From positions 2,386,032 to 2,450,031 of the forward strand of contig BFEA01000019.1 in the NCBI GenBank assembly GCA_003427395.1: a DNA stretch of 64,000 nucleotides, written 5' to 3'. Both the position numbers and the translations under genes were made by a program. The notes below the pieces were generated by a model. That model did no database searches. It was not told where the DNA came from and was given only the letters and a program-made list of their open reading frames with translations. Positions within the stretch are counted from its first letter, which is position 1, and each line of letters starts with the position of its first letter. The stretch is from Chara braunii (Eukaryota; Plantae; Charophyceae). Positions 35,630 to 49,562 of the stretch are shown here, piece by piece.

Positions 35630-38600
35630 TAGTGATAATACGTGTTATTAACCCCCATGGTACCCCCTTGCAATCAGACTTGTCTTTCTCGGCACTCAGC
35701 ATGCGTACAAACAGATGACGATCAAGCTGGCAACATGCACCCACACAAAGCTCAGAGTCAATGTAGCCAAGAACGCAGTTCAGATTCAAACTTGTCTCGT
35801 ACGGCTATGGCCGTACACACTCTCCCAGCAACTGGTTCGTACACACACCCTGGATCTCCCTGGATGTCCCGCACTCACACATACACAAACTCACTCTACA
35901 CACACACACACTAACACCTACTGACTCTCTGACATGGCGGCTATGGCCGCCGTCTTCCTCCTCTACTGACTGACTGTCGGCTATGGACGACCTTCCTCCT
36001 CTTAGCCCTCTTCGTCTACGGGCACCTGCAGACCTTCGTACACAAGACACTTCGACAGCGCTTCCACACGTCTCACAGGCAGAATGAATGAATGACTTGA
36101 CGCCGCCTCTTGATTTATACTTCAGATTCTCAAGGGTCTTCCGTTGGACCCTGGGCCTGGTGCACACAGTCCCACATGGTACTTGCTGACTTGGAAAAGT
36201 GGGACCAGGACTGGGTATCGCTGACTGGGCTGGGTTAGTCTGCCCACTTGCCCACGCGCCCTACGAGCTGCATCCCAAACTCACGAAGGGCCAGTTCCGG
36301 ATCTTCCGGAAGATTGTGGACTTGACCCTTCAGTACTGTAGCAGCTACGACTTGACCTTCCAACGCTGTAGCAGCTACAACTCCTACCACTGCTAAGACC
36401 TCTAATCTACAGACCTACGGTTCAAGACCCGACGACCACACTACCTACAGCAAACAAACAGGCGACTTTCAAGACACAGGTCGCGGGTTCAAGCTAACAC
36501 GGGTCAACTAATTACTACACACGGGTGAGGGCGATGTCTAGGGATCGAGCCCTGGGAACTGCATCTGTTACCGTAAAGGTGAAAACCGTTTCACCCTGGA
36601 CACCCTGCAAACTGGCCGTGAGCAGTTGGGATGGACAACAGGCACAGAAATAGTACACCCATGAACTGTTGAAAAAGTACACGCATGGCTAACTCAGTTT
36701 GTAAAAAAAAAAAAAAAAAAAAAAGTTTGTACACCCATGATTTGTTGAAATACGGACCTGAGTTTAATCCAAACAGAACGAGGTGAATGAAATTAAATAA
36801 TCATGAATTACCCGCTCCCGGTCAGTTCAACGATATCCCAAGCCCGTCACCCTTTATTAAACCACTAGTACCTTAAAGTTGCCGTTTCGGAAATTAGAGA
36901 AACACCCGTTCCCAAAGAATTCGGACGCCAGGGCCGACAACGGCTGTCATTGATAAATTTAATCGGCGGCCGTTGTTTCGTTTTGGCCTCCTAAAAGGTC
37001 AGAGGCCCACCATTTTCCGAAACGACAAAGGAAATAGAGGTTTAAAGAGAAAAAAAAAATTCAAGGTGCCCGTTGGGGGGCCAAGGAAAGCCAAGATTGA
37101 GGGTTGAAACGGGATACAGGTGTCTAAAACACAAAGAAAAAGAACTGTCCAAGGTTGTTGTTTCTTTTTTGTTGTGTGTATCATGTTGTCCTTTGACCCC
37201 ATCCCAACCTCCACCTTCCTGCCCGCAGCTCTGTCTGTCTGTCTTCCGCATTCTCTCCCTTCCCAAATTTCGTCATCTGCGCAATATTGTCCCTCGGCCC
37301 AAGCCCAATGTGGTATACACGGCTCCCACGCAGGCCCTCTTATGGCCTGATTTTATTCAGGGGTCCTAGGAGTAGTCTAGAGGAGGGGTTCCTTTCATTT
37401 TCTGGGCCATCTGCATCTTTCTGCGGATCTGTTCCGAGTTCTTTGTCGATTCTCAGTTCTGATGGGTCTGAGTTCAGGTCGGTCCGGTTTGAGTCCGGCA
37501 CCCAACAGTTTTGTCCGGTTCAGGTAGGACTGGTCTGGATGCGTCGGTTTGTTTCGTTGGTCCAGACCACTAGGGCCGAGTGTTCTATTCAAGTACTAGT
37601 ATAGGCCGATTCAGGCCCAGTGGCCACAGTTTGAGCCAGGCACAGCGCGACTGGGCTGGAGCACATTGTTTAAGTCCAGCTACACGTTTTGGCCATAACA
37701 GGTTTTCGGACCTGGGTCCTAGATAGTCGACGGGCATTCTGATCGGATGATCCAGGATACAAGTGGATACAAGGGGCAGTAGGTCCGGACCGGCCTCATT
37801 CTGGGCACACAGCATTTCGAGGTTGAGATCGACGCGTTGCTGGGCAACGCTATTCAAAGTGGACGAGTTAGGCAGAGTAGTAGGGTAGGAGGTTGAGGCG
37901 GAGGCCAGATAGGAGGCGACTTACCTGCAGACTTACCTGGGCACCATAGGTCCTGTTCGTCTTCGGTCATCTTCCACCTGCATCACAACTCCAAGGCGAC
38001 ACCTTTACGCTGGTCAGTATCTGGCTCCATTACACTGCGACAGTGAGTGGATTTTTCTTCTTCATTTCCTCCTCGTCCACCTCCATTACTCCTTCCTCCC
38101 TCCCTCCGATGCTACTTCTTCTTTGGGAGAGAGAGAGAGATTATGACAGTTGAGATTGTGACATTGAATGATTTCCCAGACTCGGATCTGGACAGAGACA
38201 TTGGGGGCTATTTTTGGAGATGATATATTCGCATCACTATTTGGGTTGCCGACTTCTCAATACCCTCCCCCACCTCGTCTCTCCCTTCTTTCGTTTGTAA
38301 ATGATTCTTGGACATGGTGCTTTCCTTCTATGTGTGCAACACCATATCCTCTCACCTGCATTGAGAATGAGGGAGTGTACCATGACAGCCAGTCATAGTC
38401 TTATTGAGTCAGATCTGTTTGTATCAGTCGTCCGCTGCATTGTTTTCGCTCTTTCTCCTTCGGTGTCGGTTCTTGGGTTCTGTGCCCCTTTCGGGCATGC
38501 GACAGTTTGCTATCGGAGCACAGAGAAGACAAGCGGATCTGCTCAATCAAAATGCAGTTTTGATTAATGATTTGGTCAGTTCATCAAGCGCTAATTCATA

Positions 38601-40408
38601 GATGTGCAAGGAACCTGACTGTTCATCACTTGCTGGAGTGCATTAGACCACATGCATATACACTGATTTCACAGTTTGCAATGCCTCACACAAAACCCAA
38701 TGGAAGACGAATGAGAACCAGGAAGATTAGCTCAATTATCAAACCCAGATTTAGAGAGAGAACGTCATGAATTCAGAATGTATAGCGCTGGACAGAGTTA
38801 CAGGTCTCCTTTGATCAACATGAGTCCCAATGCCTGGCGCTCATCAGCGCCAGCTGCCAATGTCAACAACAGCGCTCAACGGGTAAGTGTCTTCACAGCT
38901 CTCACTTCCCCCTCTCTTGTCTGCCTTCTTCTCTCTCTCTCTTTATGTCTATAGTCCTGGTCTACTCTCACTCGTGATGCATGCGCACTCCCTATCACAC
39001 GAGGATCTACTCTGAATACTACTCACTGGTATTTCTACTACTACTAACCCCTCTATTGCTATTAACTTCTGCTGGCGCAGCTATGGCTGCCTTCCCTCTG
39101 CCAGCACTCTCCCTCTTCCTCATAGCGCTGCTCTTCGGCTAGCGCAGCTCACACACATCTAGCGCACAAGTGCCACAGCACTTCCACATGGGAGGCTGGC
39201 CAGTCCTTTATAGTGCTGGACTGGTCTGGTGTGGCCTGCATTCAGCCTCAAGTGTGCCTGGGACTCCTGCCCAGTACCGATTGTTGCAAAGTGTGTGTCC
39301 CAGTATCTTTTCCCATGGTCTGCTGCTGCTTGGGCCATCGGGCCTGTCTTTTGGACTCCCAATCTGAATCTGGACTGACTTATGGAATTATGACTGGACT
39401 GGGACTGTAGCCTTTGACTTATTGACGAACAGACATGACTTTTCATCAAGGAGACATGACCCTTGCTCAGTCTCGAAAACTGTGTCCAGTACCTGTTCGT
39501 GCAGGACCTGTCATAACCCTTTCAAAATGACTTTCTGTTTCATTATGGATATTACCTTTCCCTCAAGAACTTTGTCTTTTGAGTTGCTGCTCGTGATTCT
39601 AAGTTCTGGCCAACAGAGCTCTTTGCTGTGGGGATTTCCATTCGGGGTCAGATTCGTAAAGGCCCTTTTAGATGGGTAATTGGTCAGCTAATTAGTCGGT
39701 TGCCGCATAATGGCGGGTGTGTCGACTACTCAATTCATTGATTCTCAATCCATTAGCGAAGGATAAGTTAATTGATTAATTGTTTGATTGCTGGATTCAT
39801 TATTGGTCGATTGTTGGACCAACTGTTCGATTAATTAATTGATGGTCAAATTATTGAGTGATTCGTTAATTGCTTGATTGCATTGACCCCCCTTTCCACC
39901 TTTTTAGCGCTTCAAACCAATTTAAGCCCCCCTCCCCTTTGACAACCAATACTCGAAAAAAGAAAAGATGTAATGAACCCAGACTCGTCAATCAAGCATG
40001 TCGACAAACAGCAATGTCATGATATTATCACTCCAGCAGTACACCATCAAATTCGAAATCCCTGAAGTACATGATCTCTCATTGCCACGTGTAAAGCCTC
40101 CCAATCAAGAGTATCCAGAAAAGCGGAGGGATGGGGGAGAAGAATAGACAGGTGGAAAGAAGGAGTAATCAGGTCCCTCTTCTCCTCCGGGCTCCCCCAC
40201 CTCTGCAACGTCAGCAATCTGTACACAAACTGACACGTGGATGATGTAATGCAGCCCCTCACAGATAACCTTCGGTGGCGAGCAGAATCAGTAGCAGCAT
40301 CACGTCAGGTAAGACCAGGTACGTACACACGACATCACCTCTCATCCACTCTCTCTCTCTCTCTCATCGCTGGCTCGCCGTCGTCAATGGCTAGCTATGG
40401 CCGTTGTC

Positions 40409-40497
<89 letters not shown>

Positions 40498-40517
40498 NNN
40501 NNNNNNNNNNNNNNNNN

Positions 40518-40574
<57 letters not shown>

Positions 40575-40583
40575 TGTGTGTGT

Positions 40584-40599
40584 TGTCTCTTATACACAT

Positions 40600-40601
<2 letters not shown>
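40584..40601. other. Nextera mosaic-end remnant (artefact) joining (TG)n to (CA)n
   Basis: tgtctcttatacacatct. Confidence 0.9.
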
Positions 40602-40634
<33 letters not shown>

Positions 40635-43338
40635 GTCGCAACTAGCTGCCGCCCTTCCAGTAGCGTTCACTCGCGTTGACCAAGTCCTGCCTCCTCCCAC
40701 GTGAGGCCCAGATTGACCCAATGTCGATGGCTCAGATCAGACTTGTCCCAGTACTTGTCTGGCTCCCTTGGGGCATGAATCTTCTGGAACCTGCAGACCA
40801 CCATTGGATCATCCCAGATCGACAGCCCTGGAAATCTGATGTGTTGACTTTGACTTCTCGGATCTCGTCCTAGCTCCACGAGTTGACTGTTGACTTTCTT
40901 GTCAACCATCGGCCTGGGCCACGTTCAGGGCCGGTGTGGCCTTTTTCCAGGGCCTGCCTGTTCACGCACGCTGTTGGGGTCTTCTTTGGGCACGACCACG
41001 GCTCAGTGGGGTTCAATTTGCACACGAGTAACTTACTTCAAAGAGCCCGGATTTGGGCTCCTCTGGGCATGCACAGAAACTCTCCACCGACCCAAAGAAA
41101 AGAAAAAAAAAAAAAAAGACTCAGCTCATTCCTATGCCCGGGTACCTCGGGCGTCAAATCCCACAATCGACTTGCTCGGATGCTTGACCCAGACTGCGCT
41201 GCCGCGCGGCCCAAGTAGCCTAGGTTTGAATCCCATATTGTGAACAACCACTGATTTGAATCAGGTCTAACCACTCGAAAGTTTCCTGGAGAATCCCGAA
41301 ACCTGGTGTGTGTGCGGATTCGGTATTGTCATTTTTAGTCGTTTCCATGAAGGAAGCAAGTACCTGGCTCAAGGACTGACACCTGCTGGTGTCACACTGA
41401 CTGTTTTTCTGTTTTTTTTCCAACTCCTGGGAGTCCTGGGTTGAATCACAGTTGGGTACTGAAATCTACACTGTGTTTATCTACTGTTACATCTTGGAGT
41501 TTGGTTTCAGCATTCAGCAACGTCTGCAGAAAGAACAATAAATGCTACTAGTTTGTTTGCACGAGATTGAGAAAGGATGATAATTGCCAATTGTTTTTGT
41601 TGCTTGTGATGTCTGGTACAGAGGGAAGCACAATAACTATCAAGCCCAGAGTTGACATCGAGGGTGAGTGTCGTGGCCTTGAATTGGAAGCTTCTGGCTG
41701 GAAATGATGCAATTTAAGACAGCTTGTGGAGGATTGGGACAAAGATGTATCTCAGCCTGTAAGCCTGTTGATTGGGAAAAAAACCTTCATTTCAAGTGAT
41801 AGTTCCGGATATCTTCTGCAAGGTTGAAACTTGAAATCCTTGCAAACCATGAAAGTGGTGGTAGGGGAGGTGAGCTCCATGATTCGTGCCTTCTTTCTTC
41901 TCCCTTTTTCCTTTTTCTGTTTGTGTTCATTATAGGGTTTTTCCCCAAGGTCTAACAGTTACTCATGAAGTTACATGAACCCTTCGAAGTCTAGTCAAGG
42001 TCGCCACCTGGAGGAGTGATTCAATATTCCCTTTTTTTTTTCCTTTTCTCTTTACATACGTTATTTCCTCCCCTCCCCCCCCATGATGATCTATGGGCAT
42101 TGCTGTGTTGTTTTGAATAACCACCCATGATGATTTTCAAAGTTAACCAGGTGGAAAGCACCCATACATATTTACCCTGGGAGTGGAAAGCACTGGTACA
42201 TGTCTATTCTTTCTTAGAAGAACCCATGGTTCAAGTTGCACTCCTATATGTTGCTGCTGCTAAGACTGCTACGACTACTACGACTGTTGCTATGGTTAGA
42301 TGCGTCTTCATGCCTGCTGCTATGGTTATATGCGGCTTCATGCCTATTGCTATGCTTTGCTATGGTTAGATGNNNNNNNNNNNNNNNNNNNNNNNNNNNN
42401 NNNNNNNNNNNNNNNNNNNNNNNNNNNNNNNNNNNNNNNNNNNNNNNNNNNNNNNNNNNNNNNNNNNNNNNNNNNNNNNNNNNNNNNNNNNNNNNNNNNN
42501 NNNNNNNNNNNNNNNNNNNNNNNNNNNNNNNNNNNNNNNNNNNNNNNNNNNNNNNNNNNNNNNNNNNNNNNNNNNNNNNNNNNNNNNNNNNNNNNNNNNN
42601 NNNNNNNNNNNNNNNNNNNNNNNNNNNNNNNNNNNNNNNNNNNNNNNNNNNNNNNNNNNNNNNNNNNNNNNNNNNNNNNNNNNNNNNNNNNNNNNNNNNN
42701 NNNNNNNNNNNNNNNNNNNNNNNNNNNNNNNNNNNNNNNNNNNNNNNNNNNNNNNNNNNNNNNNNNNNNNNNNNNNNNNNNNNNNNNNNNNNNNNNNNNN
42801 NNNNNNNNNNNNNNNNNNNNNNNNNNNNNNNNNNNNNNNNNNNNNNNNNNNNNNNNNNNNNNNNNNNNNNNNNNNNNNNNNNNNNNNNNNNNNNNNNNNN
42901 NNNNNNNNNNNNNNNNNNNNNNNNNNNNNNNNNNNNNNNNNNNNNNNNNNNNNNNNNNNNNNNNNNNNNNNNNNNNNNNNNNNNNNNNNNNNNNNNNNNN
43001 NNNNNNNNNNNNNNNNNNNNNNNNNNNNNNNNNNNNNNNNNNNNNNNNNNNNNNNNNNNNNNNNNNNNNNNNNNNNNNNNNNNNNNNNNNNNNNNNNNNN
43101 NNNNNNNNNNNNNNNNNNNNNNNNNNNNNNNNNNNNNNNNNNNNNNNNNNNNNNNNNNNNNNNNNNNNNNNNNNNNNNNNNNNNNNNNNNNNNNNNNNNN
43201 NNNNNNNNNNNNNNNNNNNNNNNNNNNNNNNNNNNNNNNNNNNNNNNNNNNNNNNNNNNNNNNNNNNNNNNNNNNNNNNNNNNNNNNNNNNNNNNNNNNN
43301 NNNNNNNNNNNNNNNNNNNNNNNNNNNNNNNNNNNNNC

Positions 43339-43396
<58 letters not shown>

Positions 43397-44840
43397 CTCG
43401 TCGCTTATGCCATCCTTACCATATTCTGCTTGTTGGCAAATCTGTTGGTATGTAATGAGATTCCAGGCATTTTCGTTGCCTGCTCATGTAGTCCTGAATG
43501 TGCGTTGTTTGGCCTTGAAGTACCCTACCCACCCTCTCTTCCCTCCTGCAGTGCCACTTTCGGTGTGTGGTTGTGTGCCCTCTTTCCCAATCCCGTTCAC
43601 TGAACATTTTGATGTTGGAGTAACTATATTTAAAGCACTAGCATGAACCCCAAACCTTTGAGGGATGCGCCGTATGCAAGCAGGTCGGGGGTTGGACAGG
43701 TAGTGGTGCAGAGGCTCGAACAGGAAACAAAAGATTACGAGTGCTGACTTCTGGTTGTTGGATCCAATCAAGATGGTTGGACTCTAGCGGTAGTGTTTTT
43801 TTCAATGCTAAAAGTTTCCATTAAGTTTCCCAACTTCCAGGGTTCGTAGAAAGTTTGGGTTTGACAAAGCAGTGTCTGAAACATTGGTGGTGTAAAGGAA
43901 ATTGGTTTTCTGACCCCTTTTTCTTTTTTCCTAGTTTTTCATTCTTTTGGGTCAATCTCAGGTTTTTACGAGCAGTTTGACTGTTAGCCAACAGCGACTG
44001 CTCCCCAAATGGATTGAGCCTCGATAGTAGTGTCTGAAGCCGTTGACAGAAATGAGGGAAGAAAAGATTGTGACGAACTTGCTGTAAAGAGTGACTGTCT
44101 TGGTTGCACACCTATGTAGCGGGTGAGACTCTTAATAGTGTTTGTTGCAAACTTATTTGACATTGTTCGCTGTTCCTGTGCAACCTTACTTTACTCAGAG
44201 TCTACAGATTTGTACGATACCCTCGCCAACCCATTCGCCCATGTAACGTGTGCCCTGCACTTACCCTCACTTGGGTCTTTCTGGCGTGCCCCTTGTATCC
44301 TCTCACCAGCCCCTGTCCTTTGTCTTCATTTCGTATTCTTTTTTGGAAGATCAAATAGGGTTGCACTTCCTGAAGTCGGTGTCTTAGGCCTGAGTTTGGG
44401 ATAACTTGCTCTGAGAAGCGCATCCAGTACTGCGTGCCTTGGGTTTTACTTCTATCAAGTTCGATGTCATGTGAAGTTGATGGGTAATTATACGGGCATT
44501 TTCATTCGAAAACCAAAAGATGAAATTAAAGTTATTGACATACTTTTGGTGCTCTTCTTTTGCAGGTGTCAGCAGCTGCGTCACCTGCAACGGGGTTAGT
44601 GTTGTCATCCACATCAACAGCGGCAGGTGCAGATGATTTGAGCGAGAGAGAGGTCAATTGATGGGTCAAGCAAAACAACGACTGCTAGCGGAACAGTTTT
44701 GCGTAGGGAGACAATTGCTCATTTTGCCTATTTTTCTTTCTTAATTTTTCCTTAATTCTTCCTAATTTTTTTCTAAATTTTGCTTTCTCAGTCTTACCTT
44801 TTTTACTCAGCATAAGGCATTTCCAACGGTATGTAAAAAA

Positions 44841-44979
44841 GGGATGCCGGACCCGGTTTCCAGCAGGTGATGCTCCCCACCAATAGATGGAGCCTCCCCG
44901 GGAGTGCTAGCGGTGTCTGCTCTTACCAGCACCCCTAGCACCCTCTCGGGTTGTTTTAAAAAAAAAAAAAAAAAAAAAA
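44841..44979 (+). mobile_element. Poly(A)-tailed retroposon 3' end (5' boundary unknown)
   Basis: Shares ggacccggtttccag with the 3' UTR of the LINE at 6068-6082 and ends in an A-run of about 22 nt. Confidence 0.5.
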
Positions 44980-45623
44980 GGCAGTGTAGCGGTCACCAGC
45001 CCTAGTAAAATCTGCCTCATCGAATACTGGTGGCGCAGAATCAACAGTCAGGAGCTCATTGCCAGAAGTCAATGAAGACAGGGTTAATGGACCTTCGGGG
45101 TTCTCGAAGAAGGGGTGCACCTGTTATGGTGCCTGGTGCTCTGGGCCCACTTATCAATCTCTCCATTTCTGATAGGTGTAAATCACATTGTTAGCCTGAG
45201 GTCAAGTTAACAACTGCTTTGAAGGTTCTTTGTTGTAGAAGAGACTATGTCATAGCTATTATTGATACGAGGTGAAGAGTCCAAAGAAGACAAGAGGCCA
45301 GAGAACATTGAGACTCTCGTTATTGTTTACTTTTACGAGTGTTTTGTGCACCAGTTCTTTTTTTTCTGTTGAATATGTATTGTTGTTCAAACTTGTTCAC
45401 TGTTTTTATTATTTATATATTTTCTTCAACTTGCGAATGACACTGCTTTGAAGTTAGAATGAGATAATGGTATTGTGGCTATCTGTCATTCTGTGTCTTG
45501 GGTTGTTGAGATACCTATTTTTTTTTTGTTTCGTAGTTTGACAATCTGTCTATTTGTCATAGGAGTACATTATTACTAGTACGTTGTCAGTGGTCAACTA
45601 AGCCCTGTGGTAGGACAAGGAGT

Positions 45624-45708
<85 letters not shown>

Positions 45709-46838
45709 CATATTTTTTAGTCCGTTTTCCATAGGTGTCATTAAAGTTGTCTGAGTGTGTGTGTGGTTGAAGTTCTTTCGTCAATGAGTTAATTACTCAT
45801 GTGATCATCTATCACTGCGCGGATCACTTGTTACTTTGTCAAATATTATGTCAGAGTAAATGGAAGTGTACAAAGGGTGGGAATTATTCAGATGACTCTG
45901 AGCAGTCATCTTCTAAGCTGATTTGTAACAAAATGAGGAACTCTTAGTCCGCACGACAAAGAATCAAAATTTGTATAAGAGTCGTGCTCATGCATATTTG
46001 TTTATCATATTGTGCATCTGTCTAGGCTAACTTAGTAGGCGCAAACTTCCATATAACCAGTCTCGACACTGTGACTGGGCTTACCAACACAAACCAGGCC
46101 TTCGTTTTGGCCTACCGGCCAGGCTTACGGCCGCCATGTGACGCCGCCCACGCCGTAGTCGTTTCATACCCTGGCCGTCGGGGACACCGCATTGACCGCA
46201 GGAACTCCCAGCATTCCCCATGCTAGGGCTGAAAAGTTGTGGCTCTCTCCGCATCGTCAAAACACAATCTTCCCGTGCGCGCAAAAAGTAGAATCTTTAT
46301 TCCTTCGCGATAGGCAAAGAGGCCGAGCCCATCTATGAAGTAAAGCTAAACACTATAAAACGAAAGAAAAATATAACCAAAATAAAAATTACAGAAGGTG
46401 GGTAACCCGACCCTTTGGCTTTGGTGCCTCCCACCGGCCTTTTCCGGGCGTAGCCCGTACCGACCGCGGGTTTGCCTATTAATTTTTACCCTGGCCCTAC
46501 GGACCGCACTTCATGCGCGCGAGCTTCTTGGTTAAGCTCATTCTCTGCTCGTGCCCTTGCACGAGGCCTTCGATTGCCAGCATGGTATTGCCGACAACTA
46601 ACGGTCATCTTACTGTGCTATGCAATAATGCAAGCCCCACACACTCTAACTTGGTCGTATTCGGTTCGGACTCTCGCCAAAAGCAAGGTTGCCGAGGTGA
46701 GCAGCCCTACGGAGTTTGTCTCATCAGTACGATATTATTATCAAGAACGCACCCAGCGCGACCTTCAAAAACAACAGCAAACATCCTTGTAAGGGTGTTT
46801 GCTACGACACCGTGCACAGACAAAGATAGGGTCTATTC

Positions 46839-47165
46839 CATGGCAACCGGCCGGACGTCTAGACCGGAATCCAGACGGTCCGGTTGTCTGGGTATGGGTC
46901 CGGTGTCTGGTCCGGTAGGTCTGGATTGGGCCCAATTTTGAAAAATTCGATTTTTTTTGGGGGGGGGCCTAGGACGTTTTTTGGGTCCTAGGCCGCCCCC
47001 AAAAAATGCCCCCGGTATTTTTTGGCCATTTCAGGGCCTACCGGACGCCACCAGACGTTTCCAACAGCTCCCTCTGCTGTTGTACTACACTGGTAGTTCA
47101 TCGGAGAGGATGAGTCTGATTCCAAAAATGAACCGCTGGCTGCAAAGCGCCAAAGAACATCAAGC

Positions 47166-47221
<56 letters not shown>

Positions 47222-47738
47222 NNNNNNNNNNNNNNNNNNNNNNNNNNNNNNNNNNNNNNNNNNNNNNNNNNNNNNNNNNNNNNNNNNNNNNNNNNNNNNN
47301 NNNNNNNNNNNNNNNNNNNNNNNNNNNNNNNNNNNNNNNNNNNNNNNNNNNNNNNNNNNNNNNNNNNNNNNNNNNNNNNNNNNNNNNNNNNNNNNNNNNN
47401 NNNNNNNNNNNNNNNNNNNNNNNNNNNNNNNNNNNNNNNNNNNNNNNNNNNNNNNNNNNNNNNNNNNNNNNNNNNNNNNNNNNNNNNNNNNNNNNNNNNN
47501 NNNNNNNNNNNNNNNNNNNNNNNNNNNNNNNNNNNNNNNNNNNNNNTTACTAAGTTCTTTTTTTTTTTCCCCCTCGGTCCGGACATTTTCTGTGTCTGGT
47601 GTACCGGTCCGGACGGTCTGGGTCCGGTCCTGTCCGGTTGTCTGGTGCCTGTCCGGATTACCGGACGTCTGGACCAGTCCAGACAAATGTCTGGGCCTCG
47701 GTCCAGACATGTCCGGGTCCAAGTCCGCGGTTGCCATG
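46839..47738. mobile_element. Non-autonomous hAT-type DNA transposon
   Basis: TIRs catggcaacc and ggttgccatg, an 8-bp TSD gtctattc (46831-46838 and 47739-47746), and subterminal GTCCGG/CCGGAC repeats. Confidence 0.9.
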
Positions 47739-47876
47739 GTCTATTCGCTACTCTCATACCTGACTTGTTCTAAGTTATTAATGCCTCTGTCTAGCCTAAG
47801 GTCCTTTTTAGTAGCATTAGCTTTTTCGGTGCTTCGTTTCATTGGACTTACTTTGACCGCACTGTGGAACAGGACC

Positions 47877-48911
47877 ATGGCTACGGCCGATCCCCCCACG
47901 CAGTCTAGGTCACCCCCAATCGAACCCCTGTCAGAGGAAGGTAAACAACTAATCGAAGACCTCCTGAGCACTTGTTTCAATGAAGGAGTCCTCCCTGATT
48001 TTTCTATTCCCGGGCTAGTTGAACCGGGAGACGACTACGATAGGGTTACCGCCAATCAGGATGTCCACCAGGTCCAGACAGATTGGTTGAGAGATCATGC
48101 TACTTACAATATTCTTTGATGACGAGGCAACGTCTCCGACAGTGGACGTTAAAAACAGGCTAGTCCGAATGTATGAAAACAGCTGGGCAGCCGCTCGGAG
48201 CTCAGGGGCAGGTCCGGTGAGAGGCACGTTTCGAAATGAAGGAAAGAATCTGGCTACCTACGTAACCTCGTCAAAACCAATTGCTGACTGAATGCTTGAG
48301 AAAGAAGAAGAGAAGGTAGTTTTAGATCGTCGACTTCATGCATTGACCTTTCGTGCTTGGATGATGGTAAAACAGTCAGATGACTGGAGAGACGTCATGC
48401 AACAAAGATTTTTCTGGATTCGATAATGGAGGTTCCCGTTTCAGCAATGGGGCTCTTAAAAAGAGCGGTTCAGGACGCTTTCGGCCCAGTGACCAAAGAC
48501 TATCCGGCCTACTCTAAAGTTTCCAAACCACTGGAACCAGATCTCCGTAACGTCAAGTTTGATTTGCTCCCTTCGGTAAAATTATGGTACAAAAAGTGCT
48601 CGCAAATTGATCTTAAAAAGGATGGCCTAGTTAAGATTGATGACATTTGCGCGGAAACGTCTTGGTGTTGTGTGTGTCACCGTCATTTCCATAAAGAATC
48701 TGACGATTGCTGTGCAAGAAAGAAGCAAAAGCAAGTACCTAAAACAGACGAAGGGCGTAACTCCACAGAAGATGACGATCTGTCAAAGAATTCTTCAAAA
48801 GATGGAAAGACGGATGGGATTGAGAAAGACCCTGGCCCTTCGTTTAAAGAGGTCCCACTGCGGAAAAAAGAAAAAAAAACTGTGGAAGGAAACTCGCAAG
48901 GGCGGACATAA
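47877..48911 (+). pseudogene. Frameshifted LINE ORF1 (gag-like)-type coding remnant
   Basis: Consecutive ORF pieces (MATADPP..., RGTFRNEGKNLATYV, FRAWM..FFWIR..VP, NVKFDL) ending in a zinc knuckle CCVCHRHFHKESDDC. The layout resembles plant L1 ORF1. Confidence 0.6.
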
Positions 48912-49205
48912 GGAGTAGAATAAAGACGAAACAGGCCGCATTCCTCTCCCCGCAATAGGAAATCCTGTTATATCGAAATCGATCAGACGAAGGGCGTAAC
49001 TCCACAGAAGATGACGATCTGTCAAAGAATTCTTCAAAAGATGGAAAGACGGATGGGATTGAGTATTTAAAGAGGTCCCACTGCGGAAAAAAGAAAAAAA
49101 AACTGTGGAAGGAAGCTCGCAAGGTCGCACACAAGGAGAAGAATAAAGACGAAACAGGCCGCATTCCTCTCCCCGCAATAGGAAATCCCTTTATAACGAA
49201 ATCGA
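48745..49205. repeat. Tandem duplication of about 220-240 bp at the end of the ORF1 remnant
   Basis: cagacgaagggcgtaactccacagaagatgacgatc...ccgcaataggaaatcc occurs twice; the second copy has a small deletion. Confidence 0.9.
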
Positions 49206-49379
49206 TGTACGTTCCCGAAAAGGGCAGCCAGGGAAATTCCCCGAAAGATGCAACTCACAAGAAGCTGCTTGATCTGCCCTCTCCTTTTGTCTTTGGAGAA
49301 GAAAAATCCAAAAACAAGAAGGAAAAATCTAATAAGACCGACCAACACACCAATCAACCAAACCGACACACCGAATGAC

Positions 49380-49456
49380 CGACCAGGCAGGCAGGCAGTA
49401 AGACAGACTGGCAAGCAGGCAGGCATACAGACAGGCAGGCAGGCAGGCAGGCAGGC

Positions 49457-49493
<37 letters not shown>

Positions 49494-49496
49494 GGC

Positions 49497-49562
<66 letters not shown>

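Noticed and set aside
42236-43646. ORFs of 360-455 aa
   Set aside because: They consist almost entirely of N-gap.
37900-45300. Scattered exon-like segments with GT/AG signals (e.g. donors near 38883 and 40309, acceptor near 44566)
   Set aside because: I could not assemble a coherent reading frame or recognise a product; RNA-seq would be needed.
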